Shown: positions 24,286-32,949 of the stretch, one piece after another | How positions within the stretch are numbered: the stretch's first letter is position 1 | Layout of the letters: each line of letters starts with the position of its first letter | Origin: Leptolyngbyaceae cyanobacterium | GTDB taxonomy: Bacteria; Cyanobacteriota; Cyanobacteriia; Phormidesmidales; Phormidesmidaceae | Direction: 5' to 3' | DNA: 64,000 bases | Assembly: GCA_965263355.1 (NCBI GenBank) | Contig: CBDHHL010000048.1 | Coordinates: forward strand, 96,001 to 160,000 | Made by a program: the position numbers and the translations under genes | Notes under the pieces: generated by a model | Database searches by the model: none | Seen by the model: only the letters and a program-made list of their open reading frames with translations | What the model was told of the DNA's origin: nothing

Positions 24286-25521
24286 CTATTTCTTAGCTGT
24301 TCTATTTTGGAATAATTTGCCAGGGTGAAGGTAAAAATAGCCCTTGGTGGTAAGTGCCAGTTCTTCGGTGGTGCTGGGGGGCTCAGTTAATGGAGGAGCA
24401 CCTTTGAAGCCCTGCCAAAGTTGCACAAAGGGATTATCCGAAATAGGGCGGAGATAACCTTCATTCCATAGGGCTTGGACAAAGTCTTGGGTTCGTTCAA
24501 CGGAAATTTCTAGTAAGTAGGCTAGATCATCGACTGAGAATATCTCTTGGTCTAGCTTGCGTAGAATAGTGACCTTAGCTGGGTCCAGGTTGGTGACCGT
24601 TTTTTCTAAGGCTTTGGCAAAAGTTTGTAAATCACTAGAGGCTTGTTTGACCTTTTGTTGCCATTGGCGATTAGTGACCAGGTTCTGAGCATTACTTCGG
24701 AAGTTTGGTCCCTGCAGAATTGTTAGGGCAATATCCAGCAAATTTATGGGACCACTATTGAGCACCAATGAACTTTTTGCGCGTTCCCGTTCACCGTATT
24801 GGACTTGTAAGCTAGTGCGAAATTGACCGTAGAGATTGGCCAAATCTATATCACTCTGGAGCAGGGAGTAAAGTTCTTCAATCGCTTGGGAATCGCCCTG
24901 TTCTAGCTTGTGGCCAATGCCCTGAATTTGGCCAGCTAGTTCTGTCTCAACGTTGCCATTGGAACGGGCCAATGTAAGCAGGCACGCTTCTAGGGTGATG
25001 GCTTCGGTGGCTTTGAGGTTAGCCAACGATATGCCCTTGTTATTGAGCGCTTCGTGGTTGTCTGGTTTGATCGATAAGGCCGCGTCATAGGATGCGATGG
25101 CCCCTAAAAAATCGCCTTGCCTATAAGCATTATTGCCTTTATTAAAGATTGCCCCTGCCTGTTGTTCTTGTTCAGAAGAAACTGCCTGTTGCGTGGACGT
25201 CTCAGCAACACCAACTGGCCCATTCAACACCTGTTCCCCCATATCCTGGGCCATCTTTCCCACCACCCCACAGTCCATCTCTCCCCACCGCACCAACCGC
25301 TCTGCCACTGACGGTTCTATGGGCTTCCGCTTACCATAGCCATATAGCCATTCAATAAATTGCTGATCATTTTCTCGCCCTGCCAAACAGGCCTTGACTT
25401 GGTCAGGGGACCAACCGGCCGCCAGACCGGTCATCACGTCGTTAAACAATGCGGCGTAATCTACCTTGGGTGTCGGCGGGGCAGGGGCAGGCGGCTTACG
25501 GCCAAAGAGACGATTAAGCAT
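24286..25521 (-). CDS. TPR-containing protein (about 1.5 TPR) fused to an unknown C-terminal, possibly winged-helix, domain
   Basis: FNKGNNAYRQGDFLGAIASYDAALSIKPDNHEALNNKG; C-terminal FSVDDLAYLLEIS...ALWNEGYL. Confidence 0.75.
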   Translation of the reverse strand: MLNRLFGRKPPAPAPPTPKVDYAALFNDVMTGLAAGWSPDQVKACLAGRENDQQFIEWLYGYGKRKPIEPSVAERLVRWGEMDCGVVGKMAQDMGEQVLNGPVGVAETSTQQAVSSEQEQQAGAIFNKGNNAYRQGDFLGAIASYDAALSIKPDNHEALNNKGISLANLKATEAITLEACLLTLARSNGNVETELAGQIQGIGHKLEQGDSQAIEELYSLLQSDIDLANLYGQFRTSLQVQYGERERAKSSLVLNSGPINLLDIALTILQGPNFRSNAQNLVTNRQWQQKVKQASSDLQTFAKALEKTVTNLDPAKVTILRKLDQEIFSVDDLAYLLEISVERTQDFVQALWNEGYLRPISDNPFVQLWQGFKGAPPLTEPPSTTEELALTTKGYFYLHPGKLFQNRTAKK

Positions 25522-25706
25522 GGAACTGGGGTAGCTACAGGATCAGTTTAGTCACCACTACAGGTTGATGTTTGGCAGCTCTGGAAAGAATTTTGGATTA
25601 ACCAGCTAGTGCAATATCAATTGCAGAAACCAGTCCAGGATATATATGATTGCCCCCGCCGTACCCCCCAACTTAATGCTATTGAGAAAACCCAGTACGG
25701 TGGGTT

Positions 25707-26090
25707 GTAGGGCGGCGTTCCGGCCCTGCCCAGGGGGTTTGGGGAACACGGAGGGACCCCAAGCAACAGCTTTAAACGTAGGGTGGGCAAACGCCTATGG
25801 AATCTGTTAGCAACCTGATCAATGTCTATGCTTGCCCATCATCAGCTATGCCGCTGCACTTGGAAAATTTTTGAAAAAGGTGGGCAGATACAACACCCGG
25901 CAATGGGCATAGGATATTGAGCCTGCCCACCCTACATGACTTGGGAAATTACCAATGTTCTTGTTTGGGTGCCTATGATATGTCGGAAATGTTGGGTTTC
26001 GCGGGCTCAACGCCAACCTACGTCAACCATGGGATGCGGGAAGGGGGCATAATGGCTGCAATGTTGGGTTTCTGGATTCGACCCAACCCA
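25707..26090. repeat. Cluster of GTAG-type REP-like palindromes including a REPIN/MITE-like element
   Basis: GTAGGGTGGGCA (25778) ... TGCCCACCCTAC (25935) perfect 12-bp terminal inverted repeats with inner half-copies; further hairpins at 25707, 25733, 25991 and 26061. Confidence 0.7.
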
Positions 26091-26097
26091 TCAGGTA

Positions 26098-27885
26098 ATG
26101 ACACTACCAAAACTGACGCTATCGACCATTAAGCGCTATGCCACCGAGCAATCCTTTTCACGAGGCCAAAGCTACTGGCAATCGGGGGCCGTTATCTCGC
26201 TAACCCAGCGTCAAACTGTCTTACAAGCGGAAGTCGAGGGCAATGACCCGGTACCCTATCGCGTCACCATTGACTTTGATGGAGGTGGCATTACCAATGC
26301 CCGATGTAGTTGTCCTTATGCCTTTGAAGGTTGGTGTAAACATATCGTTGCCACACTGCTTGCCTGGATAGAACAACCAGATACTGTTGAACAGCGACCC
26401 AGCTTAGCGCAGCTTTTGGACTCATTAAATCTTCTTCAAACTCATGGCTTGGTGCAAACACTAGTAGAAGAAAATCCAGCCCTGATTGATTCAATTGATT
26501 TCTATGTTAGTCGCTTAGTTCGGCCACCAGAAACCTCTACAAAATCTACCCGACCAAAACGCCAAACTCGCATTGACCAGGCTGTTTATAAGCGCAAGGT
26601 GAGAGAGATTATTCATGAAACGGTGCAGCATTGGGAATATGGTGGTGAGGATGACGATCCTCTCTATGCCATCGGCGAATTGACAGCGGAGGCATTGGCG
26701 TTTGTGGAACAGGACGATGGTCACAATGCCCTGGCAGTAATGGAAGCGATTACGGATGCTTGCATTTCCTACTGGGACGAGATTTATGACTTTATGGGCA
26801 TGGGTCCTGGTGAGTTTGACTTAGACCTAGATGCTGTCTGGACTGAAACGATTTTGAGTACAGACCTGACTGATGATGAGGCGCTGGAGTGGCAGGAAAA
26901 ATTAGAGGTATATCAACAAGAACTGGGTAGTTTTGCTATGGCTTTGGAAGCCTTACGTCAGGGATGGGATTATCCCCCCTTGACCAAGGTCTTACAAGGA
27001 GAAATTTCAAAACAGGGGGCTTGGTTAGAGGATGCACCGAACTGGGCAGATGAATTTAGTTTGATCCGCCTCAAAGTTTTGAAACGGCAAGAACGTTACG
27101 AAGAATACCTTTATCTGGCCCAGGCTGCAGGCCAGATGAAAGAGTATTTAGCCATGTTGGGGCAATTGGGCCGCACAGAGGAGGCAGTGCAGGAGTCAGC
27201 TGAGGTGATGACAACCTGTGCAGAAGCTCAAGCTTTGGCGGAAGTTTTGCGATCGCAAAACAAACTTCCCCAAGCCTTAGACATTGCTATCCAGGGACTA
27301 CGGTTTGAAGCAGATCCAGCCTATAACAAATACGACTTTGCCGTATGGACCAGCGAACTGGCAGAGGGTTTGGAAGAATTTGACTCAGCGTTAGAGGCGA
27401 GAATTATTGCTTTTCAGGCGAAGCCTTCGTTACAGGCATATCAAGCAGTGGAATCCCTGGCAGCAGACTGGGCAGAGATTAAGGATGAGTTATTGGACTA
27501 TTTAAGACATAGTGACTCATGGTTGTCTCGGGAAACAAAGGTGGATGTGTTTTTGAGTGAGGGGTTGGTGGAGGATGCGATCGCAACCATCGATTCTTCA
27601 AACTATGGCTATACTCGACCGAGTCTGGTGCTGCGTGTGATGGATGCAGCCATTGACAGTCATAGCAACTGGGTAATCCAACTAGCCCAACGGGAAGCAG
27701 AGAAAATAATAGATGCAGGTAAAGCCAAAGATTATGATCTAGCTGTTAAATGGCTAAAGCGCACACAACGGGCCTATATCGCCAAAAATGAACAATCCCC
27801 ATGGCAGCGCTACAAACATAAAATAGTTACGGCCCATGGGCGTAAGCGTAAGCTAATAGGTCTGATGGTAGCTGCAGGACTCTAA
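26098..27885 (+). CDS. SWIM zinc finger family protein
   Basis: CSCP...GWCKHIVATLL SWIM motif followed by a helical repeat region. Confidence 0.9.
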   Translation: MTLPKLTLSTIKRYATEQSFSRGQSYWQSGAVISLTQRQTVLQAEVEGNDPVPYRVTIDFDGGGITNARCSCPYAFEGWCKHIVATLLAWIEQPDTVEQRPSLAQLLDSLNLLQTHGLVQTLVEENPALIDSIDFYVSRLVRPPETSTKSTRPKRQTRIDQAVYKRKVREIIHETVQHWEYGGEDDDPLYAIGELTAEALAFVEQDDGHNALAVMEAITDACISYWDEIYDFMGMGPGEFDLDLDAVWTETILSTDLTDDEALEWQEKLEVYQQELGSFAMALEALRQGWDYPPLTKVLQGEISKQGAWLEDAPNWADEFSLIRLKVLKRQERYEEYLYLAQAAGQMKEYLAMLGQLGRTEEAVQESAEVMTTCAEAQALAEVLRSQNKLPQALDIAIQGLRFEADPAYNKYDFAVWTSELAEGLEEFDSALEARIIAFQAKPSLQAYQAVESLAADWAEIKDELLDYLRHSDSWLSRETKVDVFLSEGLVEDAIATIDSSNYGYTRPSLVLRVMDAAIDSHSNWVIQLAQREAEKIIDAGKAKDYDLAVKWLKRTQRAYIAKNEQSPWQRYKHKIVTAHGRKRKLIGLMVAAGL

Positions 27886-27897
27886 ACAGCCATGGTG

Positions 27898-29406
27898 TTA
27901 CCGATGACGTTTCTGTAGTGCCAATTTAAACAGTGCCGCCTTTCTGCTACGAAGTGCTGCTTGGAAATCTGACTTAATAGCAAGGGCAGCACTATAGGCA
28001 GAGACCGAATCTTCATAGCAGCCTAACTGATGCAGTACCAGGCCCTTTCTATAAAGTGCAGTGTAATCATCCGGCTGACGTTTGATCGTGGCATCATAGG
28101 TCACAATCGCTTCTTCATAACGACCTAAGTTAGAAAGCGCGACACCTTTACGATAGAGTACGTCTGGCAGATCTGGGTTAATGCCAAGGGCGGCGTCATA
28201 GATAGCAATCGCCTGATTAAAACGACCTAACCTAAACAGTGCATGCCCTTGATTACAAAGAGCTTCGGCATCTTTCGGTTGGATAGCGAGGATAGCATCA
28301 AAGGTCGCAACCGCCTCTTTGTAGCGGCCTAACCGATATAATATCCCCCCTTTTCGGTGAAGCACATTGAAATCAGCTGGCCGAATTGCAAGAATGGCAT
28401 CATAAGTTGCCAATGACTCTTCGTAGCGCCCTAATTGATAGAGCGATAGGCCCTTGTGATAAAGCTCATCATACAGACCTGGTTTAATAGCCAGAGAAGC
28501 ATTATAGGCCGTAACCGCTTCCTCGTGACGGTCTAGTTTAGCCAGGGATATCCCTCTCTTATAAAGCGCATCCTGTAGATGCGGTTTGATATCAAGAGCA
28601 GCATCATACAACTGAATCGCGTCTTCGTGGCGGTCTAACTTAGCTAGCGATAGCCCCTTGTTGTAAAGCGTGCTGTACTTGTCAGGTTTTAGCTTTAGGG
28701 CAGCGTCATAGGCCACAATGGCGTCTTCGTAGCGACCCAGCTTAGCCAGGGATAACCCCTTGTTATTCAGGGTTTGATGCAGCCCTGGCTTTAGCGTGAG
28801 AGTCGCATTATAGGCAGCAATCGCGTCTTCATAACGACCCAGCTTAGCCAGGGATAACCCTTTGTTATTGAGTGCTTCATATAGGTCTGGCTTGAGCTTG
28901 AGGGCAGCATCATAGGCTCTAATGGCCTCTTCATACCGACCCAGGTTAAATAACGATACCCCTTTGCTATACAGTGTATTTTCTTGGTCTGGGTTGAATG
29001 TAAGGGCAGTGTCATAGGCAACAACCGCCTCTTCATAGCGGTTGCTAAAAAATAAGGTATCGCCCTCATGCACCCACTCTTCAGTCGACCAAGCTTTTGT
29101 CAGATCAGCTGCTAACGCTTTAGCCCCAGCTTGGTATAGCTCTAGAGCTTTGGCATTAGCTTCTATGGCCTCACCATATTTGCCCAGTTTTTGTAAGACA
29201 AAACTACACTTTTCCCATGCGTTGGGAATATCAGGCTGCACAATTAAAACTTGCTCAAATAGACCCAGGGCAACTGAATATTCTTCAGTCGCCATTTTCT
29301 GTAACCCCTGCTCAAAGAGAGCGATCAAATCTGGTGCAGCGAATGAAGTATGAGGGGAATGGCTCTCTTTTTCTGTGACTATTATGGGAGATTTGCTAGG
29401 TGGCAC
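27898..29406 (-). CDS. Tetratricopeptide repeat protein (12 or more TPRs)
   Basis: Repeated 34-aa units LxNKGxSLxKLGRYEEAIxAYDAALxLKP. Confidence 0.93.
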   Translation of the reverse strand: MPPSKSPIIVTEKESHSPHTSFAAPDLIALFEQGLQKMATEEYSVALGLFEQVLIVQPDIPNAWEKCSFVLQKLGKYGEAIEANAKALELYQAGAKALAADLTKAWSTEEWVHEGDTLFFSNRYEEAVVAYDTALTFNPDQENTLYSKGVSLFNLGRYEEAIRAYDAALKLKPDLYEALNNKGLSLAKLGRYEDAIAAYNATLTLKPGLHQTLNNKGLSLAKLGRYEDAIVAYDAALKLKPDKYSTLYNKGLSLAKLDRHEDAIQLYDAALDIKPHLQDALYKRGISLAKLDRHEEAVTAYNASLAIKPGLYDELYHKGLSLYQLGRYEESLATYDAILAIRPADFNVLHRKGGILYRLGRYKEAVATFDAILAIQPKDAEALCNQGHALFRLGRFNQAIAIYDAALGINPDLPDVLYRKGVALSNLGRYEEAIVTYDATIKRQPDDYTALYRKGLVLHQLGCYEDSVSAYSAALAIKSDFQAALRSRKAALFKLALQKRHR

Positions 29407-29707
29407 GAGCTGAGCATAAAAGAGGTGCTTGAAAATTGGGAAGCTATATCAATTGAATCTTATTTCAAGTACCATGGTCGTCCTTATCTTTGAAGATTCG
29501 GTATAAATACGTAGTTGGCTTTACATCTAAACCACGTCCAAGGTGAAACCTACAGTTTCCTCTACGGAAAAACTCCAGTTCTGGACGTGGACAAGATTTA
29601 ATTACCTTTAGGTAAAATGCCATCATCGTCTAATCCCCCTCTGGGTATGCCTTTACGTTGCTGCGGTCATGCTAGGTTCCCTGAGCACCGGAAGGTTGAT
29701 GCTTACA

Positions 29708-31903
29708 TCAAGGGGTTTTTGGGGCCAACTTGCGGGCAGTAACCAGGGCAATATTGGTTTGCCAAGGGAGTGTAGCTTGCGTTTTACTCCAACCTAAATA
29801 GGTCTTGCGAATGGTCTCAATCTCTTTGGGATTTAAAGCCTGGGCTAGGTGGCTAATGTAACGAGACTGTGGTCCAAACCACCGAGTTTGTAGCTGAGAT
29901 GTGAGGGGTAGTGCAATCGGGAATTCTACTAGCTCAATCTGAGCTGTGAGGCCAGTGGCGGTAAACCAATGGGAAACAGCGTCAATGTCCCATTGCTGAC
30001 TATCGCTGTCGTAAAGAGCATCTTCAGCTTGCTGGAGTTTATTAAAAAGTTTTGGGGAGAGCACCTGGTCGGGCAACAAGCTGTATAGACGCACCGTACG
30101 GTAAGGAATCGTTTCAGCCAGGACAAGCGTGCCTTGGTCAGTCAGGTAATTGCCCAGTTGCTGTAACAGATGAGCGCGATCGGCAATTGTTTTTAAGGCA
30201 TTACGCCCAACAATACCGTCAAATCGAAGGTTGGGAGTTTGTTGGGCCAATGACTGGGGTAAGTCGTCTAGGGGGGTGGATAGAAAAATAGGCTGGGATA
30301 AAGTGTCTAGCAGTTGGGCTTGTTCCACTAATGTCTGATGAATTTTAGGGGTATGGGCACAGCTATAAACACCGCCTTCGGGGACCTGACGTAGGGCTTC
30401 CCAGGTGAGGAGACCAGCATTGAGATCAAGCAATACATGATGTCGCTGGGGGTTAAGGATAGTGTAAATGAGATCGCAAACCTGCCTCAATTGCTCCCCC
30501 GCATTCCCTAACGTCCGCTGCAGCCACTGTTCCTGAGCCTGATCGGTCGGGCCAAAGGTCAGCACCTCAGGTAAATCTGCCTCCATGACCGCAGCCAGTT
30601 GCGCCTCTCGTTTGCGGGTTACCTCTAGGCGGATCGTGTCTTCATACCCCTGAGTTGACGGCTGGTAAAACATCTTCCCCTGCAGCCCCGTCGGCAAATA
30701 TTGCTGCTCTACCCAATGGTCTCGATAAGCATGGGGATATAAATACCCCTGACCATGGCCAAATTCTTTTTTATCCCGATTAGCATCCCGCAGCGGGTTA
30801 GGGACATCGGCTTCCCGTTCCTGCTCTACTGTACTGAGGGCCTCAAAAAAGCCCATAACGCTGTTAGATTTAGGGCAAGTGGCCAGATAAAGTGCCGCTT
30901 GGGCCAGGGGATATCGCCCCTCTGGCATACCTACTCGGTCAAACGCCTGGGCACAGCTATTGGTCACAACAACCGCATTGGGGTCCGCCAGTCCCACATC
31001 TTCCCCCGCAAAAATTACCATGCGCCGAAAAATATAACGGGGGTCCTCACCGGCATACACCATCCGGGCAAGCCAATAGAGGGTGGCATCGGGGTCAGAC
31101 CCGCGCATGCTTTTGATAAAGGCGCTAATGGTATCAAAGTGAGCGTCCCCTTCCTTGTCGTACAGGACAGCTCTTTTCTGAATTGATTCTTCGGCCACGG
31201 TCAGGGAAATGCTGGCATCGGGCGTGGTTTCTACCGCCAGTTCAAGCGCATTTAGTAGGGCACGGGCATCGCCGTTAGCGACATTAACCAGATGGTCTAA
31301 GGCATCATTATCGATCTGGATATGGCGATCACCATATCCTCGCTCTGTATCGGTCAGGGTTTGCTGAACGATTTGTCGTAGATTATCGGGCTCTAACGGT
31401 TTTAGTTGAAAGACTCGTGAGCGACTTACCAGGGCCTTATTAACCTCAAAGTAAGGATTTTCGGTAGTCGCGCCAATCAGAATTACGGTGCCGTTTTCTA
31501 CCCAGGGTAGGAGAGCGTCTTGCTGAGACTTATTAAACCGGTGGACTTCATCGACAAACAGAATGGTGCGTTGACCGTGCTGCCCTCGCAGAGTTTGGGC
31601 AGTTGCGATCGCGGCCCGAATATCCTTCACTCCAGCCAACACCGCATTTATCGCAATAAAGTGAGCCTTTGTCGTATTCGCAATCACCTGCGCCAGAGTT
31701 GTCTTTCCCGTTCCCGGTGGACCATAAAACAACAATGACGATAGCTGATCTGCCTGAATTGCTCGACGTAGCAATCGCCCCGGTCCAACGATGGCATCTT
31801 GACCAACATACTCATCTAGACTGCGGGGACGCATGCGAGCGGCAAGGGGAGCTTCCTGATCCACTAAAGTTTGCCGATGCTGTTCAAATAAATCCATGGC
31901 CAT
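29708..31903 (-). CDS. rarA: Replication-associated recombination protein A (RarA/MgsA AAA+ ATPase) with C-terminal methyltransferase-like domain
   Basis: PLAARMRP, GPPGTGKTT, VDEVHRFNKSQQDALL, SAFIKSMRGSDPDA; about 280-aa C-terminal extension. Confidence 0.9.
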   Translation of the reverse strand: MAMDLFEQHRQTLVDQEAPLAARMRPRSLDEYVGQDAIVGPGRLLRRAIQADQLSSLLFYGPPGTGKTTLAQVIANTTKAHFIAINAVLAGVKDIRAAIATAQTLRGQHGQRTILFVDEVHRFNKSQQDALLPWVENGTVILIGATTENPYFEVNKALVSRSRVFQLKPLEPDNLRQIVQQTLTDTERGYGDRHIQIDNDALDHLVNVANGDARALLNALELAVETTPDASISLTVAEESIQKRAVLYDKEGDAHFDTISAFIKSMRGSDPDATLYWLARMVYAGEDPRYIFRRMVIFAGEDVGLADPNAVVVTNSCAQAFDRVGMPEGRYPLAQAALYLATCPKSNSVMGFFEALSTVEQEREADVPNPLRDANRDKKEFGHGQGYLYPHAYRDHWVEQQYLPTGLQGKMFYQPSTQGYEDTIRLEVTRKREAQLAAVMEADLPEVLTFGPTDQAQEQWLQRTLGNAGEQLRQVCDLIYTILNPQRHHVLLDLNAGLLTWEALRQVPEGGVYSCAHTPKIHQTLVEQAQLLDTLSQPIFLSTPLDDLPQSLAQQTPNLRFDGIVGRNALKTIADRAHLLQQLGNYLTDQGTLVLAETIPYRTVRLYSLLPDQVLSPKLFNKLQQAEDALYDSDSQQWDIDAVSHWFTATGLTAQIELVEFPIALPLTSQLQTRWFGPQSRYISHLAQALNPKEIETIRKTYLGWSKTQATLPWQTNIALVTARKLAPKTP

Positions 31904-31997
31904 AGACAACATCAAACGCTCTTTAAAGCGATAGCGCCCCCAAAACTAGGAGACGCTAGATATACATAACGATTAATTGAATCGTTAGACGAAGTTT

Positions 31998-32480
31998 CTA
32001 TGCACCACCAAAGATGGCCTGAAGAGGTAGCAGATGAGGGCTCTGGGTTAACAAAAACGCAAAGATAGCGCCACCACAACCACCAACAAAGAAGCCACTA
32101 GCGAAGTTGCTCCAGCCCTCACGAGTTGCATAAGACTCAGGAGGGTTGGGAGTCGTCAGCGTACCCACAGGGCCAGAAGGACTAGTAGCGCTATAAATAG
32201 AGATGGCCACAGTCAGAATAAAGACAAAGCTAACTGCTGCAAGAGCACCTGCAATCGAACCATAGTCTGTATTCCGCAATGGGCCTAGCAGAGCAAAAGG
32301 ACCGTAGAACCAGTAACCGTGAGCAACACCCACTTCTAGACCACGGCTAAATGGAGACAAGCCCTCACGGTAAGCAGGCAAATTATTAATGTAAGTACGT
32401 GCAACCGCAGAGGAGTTAATCGGAGTCGCAACGTTACCCACTTCGGGAGCTCCAGTTGCGCTTGCAAAACTAGTTGCCAT
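31998..32480 (-). CDS. psaL: Photosystem I reaction centre subunit XI
   Basis: TPINSS, INNLPAYREGLSP..RGLEVGVAHGY, GPLRN, GWSNFASGFFVGG. Confidence 0.95.
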   Translation of the reverse strand: MATSFASATGAPEVGNVATPINSSAVARTYINNLPAYREGLSPFSRGLEVGVAHGYWFYGPFALLGPLRNTDYGSIAGALAAVSFVFILTVAISIYSATSPSGPVGTLTTPNPPESYATREGWSNFASGFFVGGCGGAIFAFLLTQSPHLLPLQAIFGGA

Positions 32481-32949
32481 AAGAACGTCTTCCTACGTAA
32501 TGGACAGTCGTAAGACGGGAAATTCGAATTTATAACGCTGCCAAAATACTAAGAACTTGAGTCACCTCTAAAGTCACCATTTTTAGACAAATTAAAAATG
32601 ATGCAGAGTTGACCTAATAGCCCAGTATTGTCAGCGTATGAGCCCAATAATCTCACAGAAACTAACCACATATAGTGAATGCAACAGTTTTGTTAAGCAC
32701 GAACGGGTAGAACGTTAACTTACTTAACAGTTAATGAGTTAGGTAATGGGCAATGGGTGCTGGGCAACTCCACCAAAACAGATTCGGTTTACTTCGTGGC
32801 GGTTCGTCAAAGTGCTTAAGATTGGCAACACCCCACATACGCTTCTTAATACTCATGGGCGTTAATTAAGCGGTTAGCCACAATGCAAAATGTGTGGCGC
32901 TGTTGGCATTGGCGTCTGACCTGTGGAGTAGGGCCTGTGGAGTGAGGGT

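Noticed and set aside
25917..26132. 71-aa ORF upstream of the SWIM gene
   Set aside because: Runs through REP-like palindromes and overlaps the SWIM start; probably spurious.
26098..27885. SWIM protein as part of a SWIM-SNF2 or defence system
   Set aside because: No helicase, nuclease or other partner adjacent in this window.
32481..32949. Expected psaI next to psaL
   Set aside because: No PsaI-like short hydrophobic ORF seen on either strand.
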